DNA from: Squalus acanthias
Lineage: Eukaryota
Assembly: GCA_030390025.1 (NCBI GenBank)
Contig: CM059432.1
Location: 119,972,001-120,036,000, forward strand
Reading direction: 5' to 3'
Length of the DNA: 64,000 bases
This document shows, in pieces, positions 26,178-37,609 of the stretch (its first letter is position 1; every line of letters starts with the position of its first letter). A program made the position numbers and the translations under genes. A model generated the notes under the pieces. It made no database searches and was not told where the DNA came from. It was given only the letters and a program-made list of their open reading frames with translations.

Positions 26178-28679
26178 ATGTTGGCCTTTATTGCAAGTGG
26201 GTTGGAGTATAAAAGCAGGGAAGTCCTGCTACAACTGTACAGGGTATTGGTGAGACCACATCTTGAGTACTGCGTACAGTTTTGCTCTCCTTATTTAAGG
26301 AAGGATATACTTGCATTGGAGGCAGTTCAGAGACGATTCACTAGGTTAATTCCAGAGATGAGGGGATTGACTTATGAAGAAAGGTTGAGCAGGTTGGGCC
26401 TATACTCATTGGAATTTAGAAGAAGAAGCGGAAATCTTATTGAAACATATAAGATACTGATGGGGCTCGACAAGGTAGATGCAGAGAGGATGTTTCCCCT
26501 CGTGAGGAAATCTAGAACGCGGGGGCCCAGTTTTAGAATAAAAGGTCGCCCTTTTAGAACTGAGATGCAGGGCAGGGTTTATAATTGGGGGAGGGGTAAT
26601 TATGATGCGATTAGGCAAGAATTAGGGAGTACAAGATGGGAACAGAAACTATCAGGGAAAGGCACAAACGAAAAGTGGAGCTTTTTCATGGAGCAATTAC
26701 TGCGTGTCCTTGATAGGTATGTCCCTGTCAGGCAGGGAGGAAATGGCCGAGTGAGAGAACCATGGTTCACAAAAGAGGTTGAATGTCTAGTCAAGAGGAA
26801 AAAGGAAGCGTATGTAAGGATGAGAAAACAAGGTTCAGTTGGGTTGATTGAGGGGTACAAGGTAGCAAGGAATGAGCTAAAAAAAGAGCTTAGGAGAGCT
26901 AGGAGGGGGCATGAGAAGTCCTTGGCGGGTCGGATCAAGAAAAACCCCAAGGCTTTTTACTCTTATGTGAGAAATAAAAGAATGACCAGGGTGAGGGTAG
27001 GGCCGGTCAAGGACAGTAGTGGGAACTTGTGCATGGAGTCAGAAGAGATAGGAGAGGTGATGAATGAATACTTTTCGTCAGTGTTCACCGAGGAGAGGGG
27101 CCATGTTCTTGAGGATGAGAGTGTGATAAAGGTGGATAGGCTGGAGGTGGTAGATGTTCTGAGGGAAGATGTTTTAGCAATTTTGAAGAACCTGAGGGTC
27201 GATAAGTCCCCTGGGCCAGATGGGATATATCCTAGGATTCTTTGGGAGGCAAGGGAGGAGATTGCAGAGCCTCTGGCTTTGATCTTTGGGTCCTCACTGT
27301 CCACGGGAATGGTGCCAGAGGACTGGAGAGTGGTGAATGTTGTTCCTCTCTTCAAGAAAGGAAATAGGAATGACCCTGGTAATTATAGGCCGGTTAATCT
27401 TACTTCGGTGGTTGGTAAGATAATGGAAAAGGTCCTGAGGGATAGGATTTATGACCATTTGGAAAGGGGCAACTTAATCAGGGAAAGTCAACACGGATTC
27501 GTGAAGGGTAAGTCTTGCCTAACAAATTTGATTGAATTCTTTGAGGAGGTAACTAAGTGTGTAGATGAAGGTAGAGCAGTTGATGTCGTATACATGGATT
27601 TTAGTAAGGCGTTTGATAAGGTTCCCCATGGTCGGCTCATGAAGAAAGTAAGGAGTTGTGGGATAGAGGGAAATTTGGCCAATTGGATAAGTAACTGGCT
27701 ATCTCATAGAAGGCAGAGGGTGGTGGTGGATGGAACATTTTCGGACTGGAGACCAGTTACCAGCGGTGTGCCACAGGGGTCGGTGCTGGGTCCTCTGCTG
27801 TTTGTGATTTTTATCAATGACTTGGAGGAGGGGACTGAAGGGTGGATCAGTAAATTTGCTGATGACACCAAGATTGGTGGAGTAGTGGATGAGGTGGAGG
27901 GCAGTTGTAGGCTGCAAAGAGACATTGATAGGATGCAGAGCTGGGCCGAAAAATGGCAGATGGAATTTAACCCTGATAAGTGCGAGGTGATTCATTTTGG
28001 TAGGGCAAATTTGAATAAGGATTACAGGGTCAACGGCAGGGTTCTGAGGAACGTGGAGGAGCAGAGGGATCTGGGGGTTCATATCCACAGATCTCTGAAG
28101 GTTGCCACTCAAGTGGATAGAGCAGTAAAGAAGGCCTATGGTGTGTTGGCGTTTATTAACAGAGGGTTTGAGTTTAAGAACCGTGAGGTTATGCTGCAAC
28201 TGTACAGGACCTTGGTGAGACCACATTTGGAATATTGTGTGCAGTTCTGGTCACCTCACTATAGGAAGGACGTGGAAGCATTGGAAAGAGTGCAAAGGAG
28301 ATTTACCAGGATGCTGCCTGGTTTGGTGGGGAGGTCTTATGAGGAAAGATTGAGGGAGTTGGGGCTTTTCTCTTTAGAGAGGAGGAGGATGAGAGGCGAC
28401 TTAATAGAGGTTTATAAGATGATGAGGGGGATAGATAGAGTGGATGTTCAGAGACTATTTCCTCGGGTAGAGGCAGCTGTTACAAGGGGGCATAACTATA
28501 AGGTGCATGGGGGGAGATATAGAAGGGATGTCCGAGGTAGATTCTTTACTCAGAGAGTGGTTGGGGTGTGGAATGGACTGCCTGCTGTGATAGTGGAGTC
28601 GGACACTTTAGGAACTTTCAAGCGGTTATTGGATAAGCACATGGAGCACACCAGAGTGATAGGGAGTGTGATAGCTTGA
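26178..28679 (+). CDS. Chimeric 833-aa ORF: older CR1 C-terminus fused in frame to young CR1 RT (no endonuclease)
   Basis: The CR1 C-terminal block RPHLEYCVQF occurs twice; junction RPFRTEM|QGRVYNW; expression unknown. Confidence 0.5.
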   Translation: MLAFIASGLEYKSREVLLQLYRVLVRPHLEYCVQFCSPYLRKDILALEAVQRRFTRLIPEMRGLTYEERLSRLGLYSLEFRRRSGNLIETYKILMGLDKVDAERMFPLVRKSRTRGPSFRIKGRPFRTEMQGRVYNWGRGNYDAIRQELGSTRWEQKLSGKGTNEKWSFFMEQLLRVLDRYVPVRQGGNGRVREPWFTKEVECLVKRKKEAYVRMRKQGSVGLIEGYKVARNELKKELRRARRGHEKSLAGRIKKNPKAFYSYVRNKRMTRVRVGPVKDSSGNLCMESEEIGEVMNEYFSSVFTEERGHVLEDESVIKVDRLEVVDVLREDVLAILKNLRVDKSPGPDGIYPRILWEAREEIAEPLALIFGSSLSTGMVPEDWRVVNVVPLFKKGNRNDPGNYRPVNLTSVVGKIMEKVLRDRIYDHLERGNLIRESQHGFVKGKSCLTNLIEFFEEVTKCVDEGRAVDVVYMDFSKAFDKVPHGRLMKKVRSCGIEGNLANWISNWLSHRRQRVVVDGTFSDWRPVTSGVPQGSVLGPLLFVIFINDLEEGTEGWISKFADDTKIGGVVDEVEGSCRLQRDIDRMQSWAEKWQMEFNPDKCEVIHFGRANLNKDYRVNGRVLRNVEEQRDLGVHIHRSLKVATQVDRAVKKAYGVLAFINRGFEFKNREVMLQLYRTLVRPHLEYCVQFWSPHYRKDVEALERVQRRFTRMLPGLVGRSYEERLRELGLFSLERRRMRGDLIEVYKMMRGIDRVDVQRLFPRVEAAVTRGHNYKVHGGRYRRDVRGRFFTQRVVGVWNGLPAVIVESDTLGTFKRLLDKHMEHTRVIGSVIA

Positions 28680-28762
28680 TCTTGGTCTCTGACAATGCTC
28701 GGCACAACATCGAGGGCCGAAGGGCCTGTACTGTGCTGTACTGTTCTATGTTCTATGTTCTA
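26568..28762 (+). mobile_element. Young 5'-truncated CR1 LINE with uninterrupted RT coding region
   Basis: ~700 codons open to the stop at 28679; FADD intact; (TTCTATG)n tail. Confidence 0.92.
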
Positions 28763-28982
28763 AATCTGTGGAATTCTCTGCCCCAGAGAGCCATGGAGGC
28801 TGGGTCATTAAATACATTTAAGGTGGAGATAGACAGATTTTTGCAAGATAAGAGAGTGAAGGGTTATGGGGAGTGGGCAGGGAAGTGGCTTTGAGCCCAA
28901 GATCAGCCATGATCTTATTGAATGGCGGAGCAGGCTCGAGGGGCCAAGTGGCCTATTCCTGCTCCTATTTCTTATGTTCTTA

Positions 28983-29880
28983 TGAAGGCATCGTGGCTGC
29001 TGCCACCAGTATAGCAAAAGTGAGAAGACGCACAACACCAGGTTATAGTCCAACAGTTTTATTTGAAATCACAAGCTTTCGGAGCTGCTGCCCCGACGAA
29101 GGGGCAGCAGCTCCGAAAGCTTGTGATTTCAAATAAAACTGTTGGACTATAACCTGGTGTTGTGCGTCTTCTCACTTTTGTCCACCCCAGTCCAACACCG
29201 GCATCTCTGCATCATGACCAGTATAGCAGCCATTCACATTGAGAATTTGCTGTGTGTGGTCGCACACCAACTGCACATTAAGTGAGTGGAAGCCTTTGCG
29301 GTTACGGAAGATCTCAGGATTGTTATACGGTGCCCATAAAGCCACGTGGCTGCATTCAATGCTGCCTTACATCATGGGGTATCCCGCTATCCTGGCAAAG
29401 CTACATGCACGTTCGTCCAGCTTCTCTCTGGTGATGGGGAAGGAAATGTAGTCCCTTTTCCTACTGTAGAGAGCCTCTGTGACCTCCCGGATGCAGCGAT
29501 GGATGGCGAACTGCGAGATCTTACATATATCTCCTGTTGCAGACTGGAAGGATCTGCTGGCGAAAAAATTGAGGGCAACGGTGACCTTGACTGCCACTGA
29601 GAGAGCCGTCCTCGTCCTGATCTGAGGCTTGAGGTCTGGTGGCAGGAGGTGGCAGAGTTCTGTGACCACCTCCTTGCTACAGCGGCGCCTTCTAATACAC
29701 TGCTCCTCGCTTAATTGAAGATAGGATAATTGCTGTCAGAAGACACTCAGAGGGTAAGGCCTCCTGTTGAGAGCCCTGATACCCCTCCTCCTCCCTCTGG
29801 CCACATGTTCCAATTTTTCTCGCTGCCTGCACTCCCTCCACAGTAGACCCTGGAGGGCGAGGTCGACTGCCAGCCCCCGT
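28983..29880 (-). pseudogene. HARBI1-like transposase of H4, N-terminal half only
   Basis: VTELCHLL, VKVTVALNFFAS, FARIAGYP, NVQLVCDH, SSHDAFI then cut by CR1. Confidence 0.88.
29017..29216. mobile_element. Palindromic Penelope-like pLTR-derived insertion, copy 3
   Basis: Near-perfect inverted arms; perfect 12-bp TSD accagtatagca at 29005-29016 and 29217-29228; hammerhead core clipped at the centre. Confidence 0.85.
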
Positions 29881-30807
29881 TAATGTACGGAAGTGCAGCA
29901 CTTTGCTATTTTGTGAGAATAAATGTAACTAACTTATAGAAGTAGCAACACTCCAGAGACTAAACAACCTTTGAATGACTGAATTCAACTCTTGAACTCT
30001 CAAACTGACAAGAAAGCAGTGAAACAGCACTAACCTGACAGCTGTGACTCATTACAAATAATCCCTTTAAATATCCGTCCCTGGAGCCGGCATCCGCCAG
30101 CTTGACGCCTCTTCTACCTGTTGTCAGGACCAGGTGCTAAGGCAGGGGGCAATACTCAATTTGGCAGATCGGGCCCATTGAGTGTTGCACGCTCGCTGAC
30201 GTCACGATCTGCCTGGTGCTGAAGTCCTCGGCACTAACTCGTAGCGGCGGCACTATGGGGTGGCCAAATTTGGCGCACAGCGCTGGATTCGCCTCGCCGT
30301 GGTGCTACTGCCTCAGTGCCCCATTAGCGTCCCCCGCCAGGTGCTAACTGGAGGCGCTAAGTTACCGAATTTCTCCCCCAGAGAGAGTGTTTCCACTTGT
30401 GGGGTAGAGCAAAACTAGAGGCCATCAATATAAGATAGTCACCAAGAAATCAAAAAGGGAATTCAGAAGAAATTTCTTCACCCAGAAAGTCGTGAGAATG
30501 TGGAACTCACTACCACAGGGAGTAGTTGAGGCGAATAGTATAGATGCATTTAAGGGGAAGCTAGATAAGCAAGGGATAAGGGAATAGACGGTTATGCTGA
30601 AAGAGTTAGATGAGGAAGGACGGGAGGAGGCTCGTGTATAGCATAAATGCCATATAATCCTACGTAATTCTATATTGGTGTATTCGCAGCCAAGGTGCTA
30701 GCATGAAAAGTGCAGATGGTCAGCACCAGAGAATAAACCATGGGATATCAGGGAAAGAACAATGGATTTGAAGTCAGTCACCAAATCATTAGACAACCTT
30801 GGTCACA

Positions 30808-31140
30808 TTCTGGGGAAGGTGGGACCTGTACAAGCCGGACGGGTTACACCTCAACAGAGCCGGGACCAATATTTTCGCGGGGAGGTTTGCTATTGCTGTT
30901 GGGGAGGGTTTAAACTAGCTTGGCAGGGGGATGGGCACCAGCATATAGGAGTAGAAAAAAGGAAAAAGGTGCATAAAAGAGTGAGTGTGTTGGATAGTAC
31001 TAGAGAAGAAATTAGTACTAGAGGCGCAAGTAGTACCATATTAGATAGGAGCAGACTAAGAAAGACTGCAAAAAATTCAAAAATGGGTTTAGAATGCATG
31101 TACGTAAACGCACAAAGTGTGGTGAATAAGGTTGGTGAGG
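30808..31140 (+). mobile_element. CR1 fragment: ORF1 esterase-like C-terminus and ORF2 start
   Basis: FWGRWDLYKPDGLHLNRAGTNI.AGRF followed by LECMYVNAQSVVNKVGE. Confidence 0.78.
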
Positions 31141-34100
31141 CAAACCTTGACAGATCGCAACTTCCAGGTTTTCTCGCAGGCGCAGCGCATTCGCAAACCC
31201 GGAACTTGCGGGGCCTTTTACCAGGCTTACGGCGGCGTACACTCTGCGTACGCCATCATTGGCCATGCAAAATCGGAGCCTATGTTTCCTAATGTTTCAT
31301 GTAATTTCCATGCGCCCACCCATACGCCAGTAAGATTAATTCAGCAGTTTCCAGCTCATTTCCAACCACTTTTATTTTAATTCATTTTGTTCTCTTTTCT
31401 GCTGGCAGGTTCTTATGAGTAATTTCCCCCCCCCCCCCGTCCCTAATAGTATTACTGGTAGTAAAGATTTCCAGGTGGGCATTGCCCTATCTGAGATACT
31501 TGGAATAAGAGGAGGACCACTGAAAGAGTGCCAGGTCAGTCAAGCTAGACACAAGGTGCTCTGTGTTAACTGGCACGAATTGCACACCCACATCTGCAGG
31601 CAGAGTTGACCAGATCTCATTTTGTCCATTGATACATGCATGCAGAGACACCAACTTTGAAGATAGGTTGTGACAGCAGACCTGATGGCACAGATTCATG
31701 TGAAGGCCTGAATAATCGCCATGCTGGATGGTTCTTTAGAAGCTCCCTAATCACAACATGTTTGCATGGCCCTGTATGAATGAAGGCATTCCAGGCTGAT
31801 CATCGCCCAGCAAAGCCTGATTGGCCACACCACCAACATGCTACCAACCATATTTGTGGACACATTTATCTGGCAATGACTGCAGGGAACTATCTTCACA
31901 GAGTTCAGGTTAGCAGAGTGCTGCAACATTTGCTCTCAGGACATATGCTGCTAAAATGTACCATCGGGCTGGCGCAGCCATTGGCAGTATTAGTCAGCTC
32001 TGATCTTATGCCTGTTTCTAGCTTAGTCAGGCATGCTATAATGTGGACTTACTTAAATGGCACAGAAGGCAGCCCTCTTTGCAACTGATTCATGCAGCAC
32101 TGTCTCCATTTCAGCAGCCTTTAAACTAGGGGTGAGGTGCTGGGTTGCTGTGCCTACAGACTAGTACCTGCACTTAGAGTTTCCTTTCCTTTCATTTCTG
32201 CCTGTCACCTCTTAATCCCCTGCCCCTTCAGACTTCACAAAGGCTGCTAATGGTTTGAGAAGCCTTTTGAGCCTTTCTAAAGGCTTTCAGAATCTTGTCA
32301 ACCAATGTTGACTCTTCTCTTTGCTTGCCCCCATCTCTTTAAATTACATACTCCCAAGCCATGATTTTTTTGGCCATTGATTTTAATTTTAATGGGCAAA
32401 ATAATGAGGGCTGTGAGTGCTCAATTCTGTAATATGTGTTTGATCCTTGGATTCATTACAATTACCTGAATATTGGGCAGGTTAAGGCACACTTCAGTTC
32501 ATAGAGCGCAAGGGTTCACTTACGGGAGTGGTCGGTCATGATGAGCATGAGGAAAATATCTGAAATTATAAAGCCAAAAATTTAAGACAGAGATAAATTT
32601 CTCTTTTGACTTGTCAGCAAGAACTGCTCAGAATTCATTTGAAATATTCACTGCACCATTCCTTTTACCGGACTTGCTGTACAATTTGATGTCAACAAAC
32701 ATTTAGAGAATGAGGGCTTCCTCATGAAAGTGGCCATTTGTGCTTAGGATGAGCAAAATACCTGGCACAGCCCAAAAATTCTAATAAGCCTATCCTAGCT
32801 CATCCATCCCCCCCAAAAAACAACAATCCCTTAATTACAGTATACATTTTTTAAATAATTCCAGGACTCCATTACTATACCCACAAATCCATTTCACATG
32901 TTGAACTATTTTTTGTGTGAAGAACTGTCTGATCTTATTAAGTCATCAATTAATTGATTAAGTCCCATTCCAAGTCCTGTCTAAAATGTCAGTGCAGGGT
33001 TGGGCAAGCATGACTATCAACCACTCCCCCACATCAAAGCACGTGTGGGGAAATTCCCAGGCTACCCCAGGAATTCCACCCATTGCACCTTCAGTAGGAC
33101 TCATTGGAACTCTCACCAGGTCTCCATGGAGGCCCCAGACAGTGCACAGGCAAAGGTAATTGATCCTGGGAGGAATCGATAACATTAAAAATCACAGTCG
33201 CAGGTTCCCATAAGAGCGGAAGATTCTTTTCAGTACTTTCATCTTCAGCTTTGGAAGAACCTCAGGGAACCTCTAGGGACGTGGCTCTGGGTAGCTCCAC
33301 CTTATAACAGAACGGGAGGTGTCTCTGAAGCGCACTTGTAGACTCCCAGGGGTCCATCCCAACCCAGCCATGTAAATGGCCCCATATCTAGGATTTGGGA
33401 CAGGGTCAGCGGCCATCGATTTAGGTAGCCCGTGAGGTCCACTCCACTGCACATGCGCCAGCGGAGCAAACCCATCGGAATTTCAGATCTACATTGTTTA
33501 AAATTCCTAATACTCTATTGATAGACTATGATGTAATGAAAACCTATCCAAAAATTACATAAATTGCATTGTGGCAGATTCACAATAAATCGTTTCTCCT
33601 ACTGAGGGAAGGTATTTTAGTCAGATCTGCCCCTTACAATTATTCTAAGTGATGATTTACTACATGTATGCTAATACATTTTGCCTGTGATTAACCAACT
33701 GTACAAAATACAAGTTTGCGATAATTACGTCAACCATTTCTGTACAAGAGGTATTAACATTATTGTAAACAGAATAATTCTACTCATAATTGTTTAAATT
33801 GAGGTGTTGATTTTAATTTCTAGTTACTACAAATCATCTCACAGCTTCACTGATACATTCTATTGTGTGAAATTACTGAGTGCTCAACAGTTTGCACAAA
33901 TGCCTAAACCCTGTGGAAGTTTTATATTTGCCAATGTAAATGGCTTCGTGTAAGTTGCTTAAAACAGATTCCCTTAAATCTTCTGTTCATTACTCATCTA
34001 GGAAAACCTGTTTGTGAATAGAATCTCCCGCTCCCTGGTTGCTCTAATTAATCAGTGATGCTGAGGAAATATTGTAGTGGACAGGAATCTTTGCTTTAAA

Positions 34101-34649
34101 CTCTCCCACCCACTATCTGCACAAGAAGTGTCTACCCTGCTACTCCTTACTTAGGGACCTCTGCCTAACTCAACAGCTGGCATGTACCTCTCACTATCCA
34201 GCCCTGTTACTGGAACCTTCTGCTCCCATCCTGATGTTCCGGAAATGCTGATTTTCTAACCAACTAGCACGATGTCCATAAATCCTGAAGGGTGCATCTC
34301 TCTCTTGAATTCCACCATACAATATTCAGAAGTGCTATGTTCTCCTTACAGATGGCACATAGAATAGTGGGGTCCGCCATAGCCAAGCAGCGTAAGAGCT
34401 CCCAGTATCACCCTTTAGACTAAGCACCAGCCTGTGTACTGATGGCATAGAGAGAAGCAGTTATTTGACCACATTGCATTGAGTTTCTGAATCCCGGTCA
34501 TCTATGTCAATTAGAAATAGTTGTGGTCCCAGCACTGATCCCAGAGGCAGCCCACTCAGTAGTCCCACCCCCTACACACAATTCCTATAACAACTAGTAC
34601 AGTACTCGTTTCCAAAGCTTCAACCAGTTTCTTATCCAAAAAGTCAACC

Positions 34650-35072
34650 TTGGGACAATGGTAGCACCCTTGCCCCTGAGTCAGAAGGTTGTAGGTTCAA
34701 GTCCCTCTCCAGAGACCTGCAGATAATCTAGAATTACATTTTAGGCAGTACTGAGGGAGTGCTGCACTGTTGGAGGTGCTGTCTTTTGGATGAGACATCA
34801 AACCAAGGCCACATCTACTCTTTAAGGCGGACATCAAAAAAATCCCATGGCACGATTCGAAAAAGAGCAGGGAAGTTGTCCCAGTATCCTGGCCAACATC
34901 AAGCAGCATCACTAAAAAAAAATCTTATTTTTGTTTGTAGGACTTTTCTATGAAAACATTGGTTGCTGTGTTTTCCTACATTATAACAGTGACAACACTT
35001 CAAGAAGTAATTAATTGCCTCTGAGACATACTGTGGCCATGAAAGGCACTATATAAATACAAGTTCTTTCTT
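34650..35072 (+). mobile_element. tRNA-derived DeuSINE-type SINE (SacSINE1-like) inside an old minus-strand CR1 fragment (about 34470-35150)
   Basis: Box A/B-like head (tggtagcac..., ggttcaagtcc), core gtactgagggagtgctgcactg...ggatgagac, tail aggcactatataaatacaag resembling the L2 3' end. Confidence 0.78.
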
Positions 35073-35610
35073 TTTTATCCATTCCCATGGTTTTCTCGGA
35101 CTCACCACAATTTTGAATTTAATAGCCTTTTGTGTGGAACATTGTCAAAAAGGTTGCTGGTAGGCATGTTGTTGAGCCCCCTATGCCCTCAACAATCCCT
35201 TTTTGCAGTCTCTACCATCTGCTGTTCTAATATAGTATAATCTGTAAGTAGTCCTACACACATTCGGCTAATAGCGAGTATAAATACAAAACAAAAATAG
35301 CAACAAATGATAGCCAAAATCCTCAGCTTTAAGCTGGTAAATACTGTTCTTTAAAATCAAATGAAGAGAGGGTAATGGTGACTTTCTGAGTATTATTACG
35401 TGAAATAATCCTCATCACTGATGCTTCATTTATTGGAGTGGGTCGGTACTTGATTCACCAATCTGAATTTTCATAGGTGAAGTGGAACTCTCTGTTTGAG
35501 CCACAAAGTTGTATCTGAAACATAGGGAGGTCTGGGGCACATACATGAATGTATGATGTGTACAGTAGTGGCATGATTTGCTTACATAACTTTACTTGTT
35601 AAAAGGGCAT

Positions 35611-35804
35611 GTGCTAGAAATTGGTTACGGCCTGTTTTTGGGCATATAACTAATGGAGTGCAAACAGCGCTCCCCAACTGGGAGGCCTGAGGCTCGCCCA
35701 AAATTGGGCCATGGGACTCATTTAAATCATTTGCGTGAGCTGCTGGCACCTGTCGCGCCGCCAGAGGCAGCTCGCTCATTGCCGAATGATCAATTTTGTG
35801 GCAC
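35611..35804. mobile_element. Small MITE-like element
   Basis: Imperfect TIRs GTGCTAGAAATTGGT / ATCAATTTTGTGGCAC; no clean TSD. Confidence 0.45.
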
Positions 35805-37609
35805 TTGCCTTGGCCTCGCCCTCATTTTTGTAACCATTTACACCATGAATAAAATATAATGTTATGATATAGTTAAAATGTACCCGCAGAAACATTTTAG
35901 TTTCTGAATCATTCTTTGTTCAGTCTGAATTTGGGCTTAGTTTAGGCTGTTTTTGCGTTACGTGCAAGTGAGATCCACTGGGAATTTTGGCGTAAGTTGC
36001 CAATGCCAAGATTGGCGTAAATTTCAACATTGATTTTTGGTGTCGTATGGGCCTGAGTGGGGCTGAGGAAATAGCTGACCAGATAGCATTCCACCCCTTC
36101 CTGACCAAGCTTACCTTTTCGCTAAAACTATTAAACAGAGGAAAATCAGCCCCTTCATTTCAGGAGTCTTCTTTTCTGCCAGGTGTTGATGGGGATTTAT
36201 CTCTTCAAAACATTGCCCAATCCATTATTTTTAATAATCGTCTGGATTACTATTCAAAGAGCTCAGCTGATGAAAAAATCTTCCACTGGGATTGGATTTC
36301 ATACCCAAATCCACCTTAACCAGCGACTGTAACTTGCAACCTCTATGATTTGAAAATCCTTAAGGGTTTCTCACCCCCAACGAGCAGTCATTTGCAAGCT
36401 GTCAGCACCGCAGTGATGCAGTGCACGATAATATTCCAAACCAGCAATACAATTTATTCTGATTGCTGAAGAATATTTTGAATTTCAAAAAGTTATGAGA
36501 AGCAGAAGTAATTTTGTTATGCTGTGATATGGATGGGAATTACATAATCGGATAGATTCATCAACCTTCAACATAAGGGATACATTTGCTCGGAGATTCC
36601 TCCGCTTCACCATCATTATTTTGGCAGAATTTCAGTTTACCAGCGTAAAAGAGGTTCCTACCGAACTTCCACTGTCGTTACAGGGGCGGAGCAGGAGAAG
36701 CCCTAAAGAAATTAAAGTCATAGAATATTACAGCACAGAAGGAGGCCATAAGAACATAAGAATTAGGAGCATGAGTAGGCCATATGGCCCCTCGAGCCTG
36801 CTCCGCCATTCAATAAGATCTCAACTCCACTTTGCTGCCTGATCTCCATATCCCTTGATTCCCCTAGAATCTAAAAATCTATCTGTCTCAGCCTTGAATA
36901 TACTCAACGATTCAGCATCCACAGCCCTTTGGGGTAGAGAATTCCAAAGATTCACGACCCTCTGAGTGAAGAAATTCCTCGTCATTTCAGACTTAAATGG
37001 CCTACCCCTTATCCTGAGACTATGGCCCCTATTTCTAGTCTCTCCAGCCAGGGGAAACAATCTCTCAGCATCTACCCTGCCAATCCCCCTCAGAATCTTA
37101 TGGGGTAAAAATTCAGTTGGTTGCGCCTCCCGTTAGCACCTTAAGAGGGCGCTAATGGGGCGCAAAGCCGCTAACGCCCGGGCGCAGCGATGTTTGCGCT
37201 GCTCGGGAACTTAACTAGACATTGTGTGGTGGCGCTAAACTTTACCGCTGCGACCACCTGCGCGCGCAGATTGTGACGTCATTCCATGGTGCAACGCCCT
37301 TGTGGCGCCCCGGAGCGGAAATTGAGTGGCGCCCCCTGCCTTACCGCCTGGCGCATCCAACGACCGGAAGACTGGAACGCTATCAATCGCTGTGGGGCTG
37401 GGGGGGGGCGCTATTTAAAGGGGGCCTCTTCCTGTCTTTTTCTGTGGTTGACATTTTTGCACCACTCGTTCTGAGAGAGAGAGATTCGGAGAGAGAGAAA
37501 GAGAGACTTCTGCATTGAGTCAACGCTCTGTGAGGTAGTTTTGCCTACTGATCCTAACTTCGCTGCTACTTTGGTTGCTGTCCTTCATTACTTTGCTTGC
37601 AAAGAGACT

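Larger units (their letters stand above)
25853..28982 (+). mobile_element. CR1 3' fragment (25853-26567 plus 28763-28982) inserted in H4
   Basis: PQGSVLGP to RPFRTEM, resumes aatctgtggaattctctg, ends ttcttatgttcttatg. Confidence 0.88.
23348..30379 (-). mobile_element. PIF/Harbinger DNA transposon H4 with nested insertions
   Basis: Perfect 13-bp TIRs GGGGGAGAAATTC / GAATTTCTCCCCC; TSD AGA; Myb gene on +, nuclease on -. Confidence 0.93.
19590..30680 (+). mobile_element. Old CR1 LINE in three pieces (19590-19877, 22756-23347, 30380-30680), host of nested insertions
   Basis: Collinear RT and 3' sequence across junctions: tttgcggat|aac...acaccaaattgg and gtagacacaga|...agagagagtgtttccacttg. Confidence 0.87.

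Noticed and set aside
31600..32060. Very old minus-strand HARBI1-like remnant
   Set aside because: Only scattered 3-5 residue resemblances; not supportable without a profile search
32100..34450. Apparently unique AT-rich DNA as conserved enhancer or host intron
   Set aside because: Needs cross-species alignment; nothing diagnostic in the sequence alone
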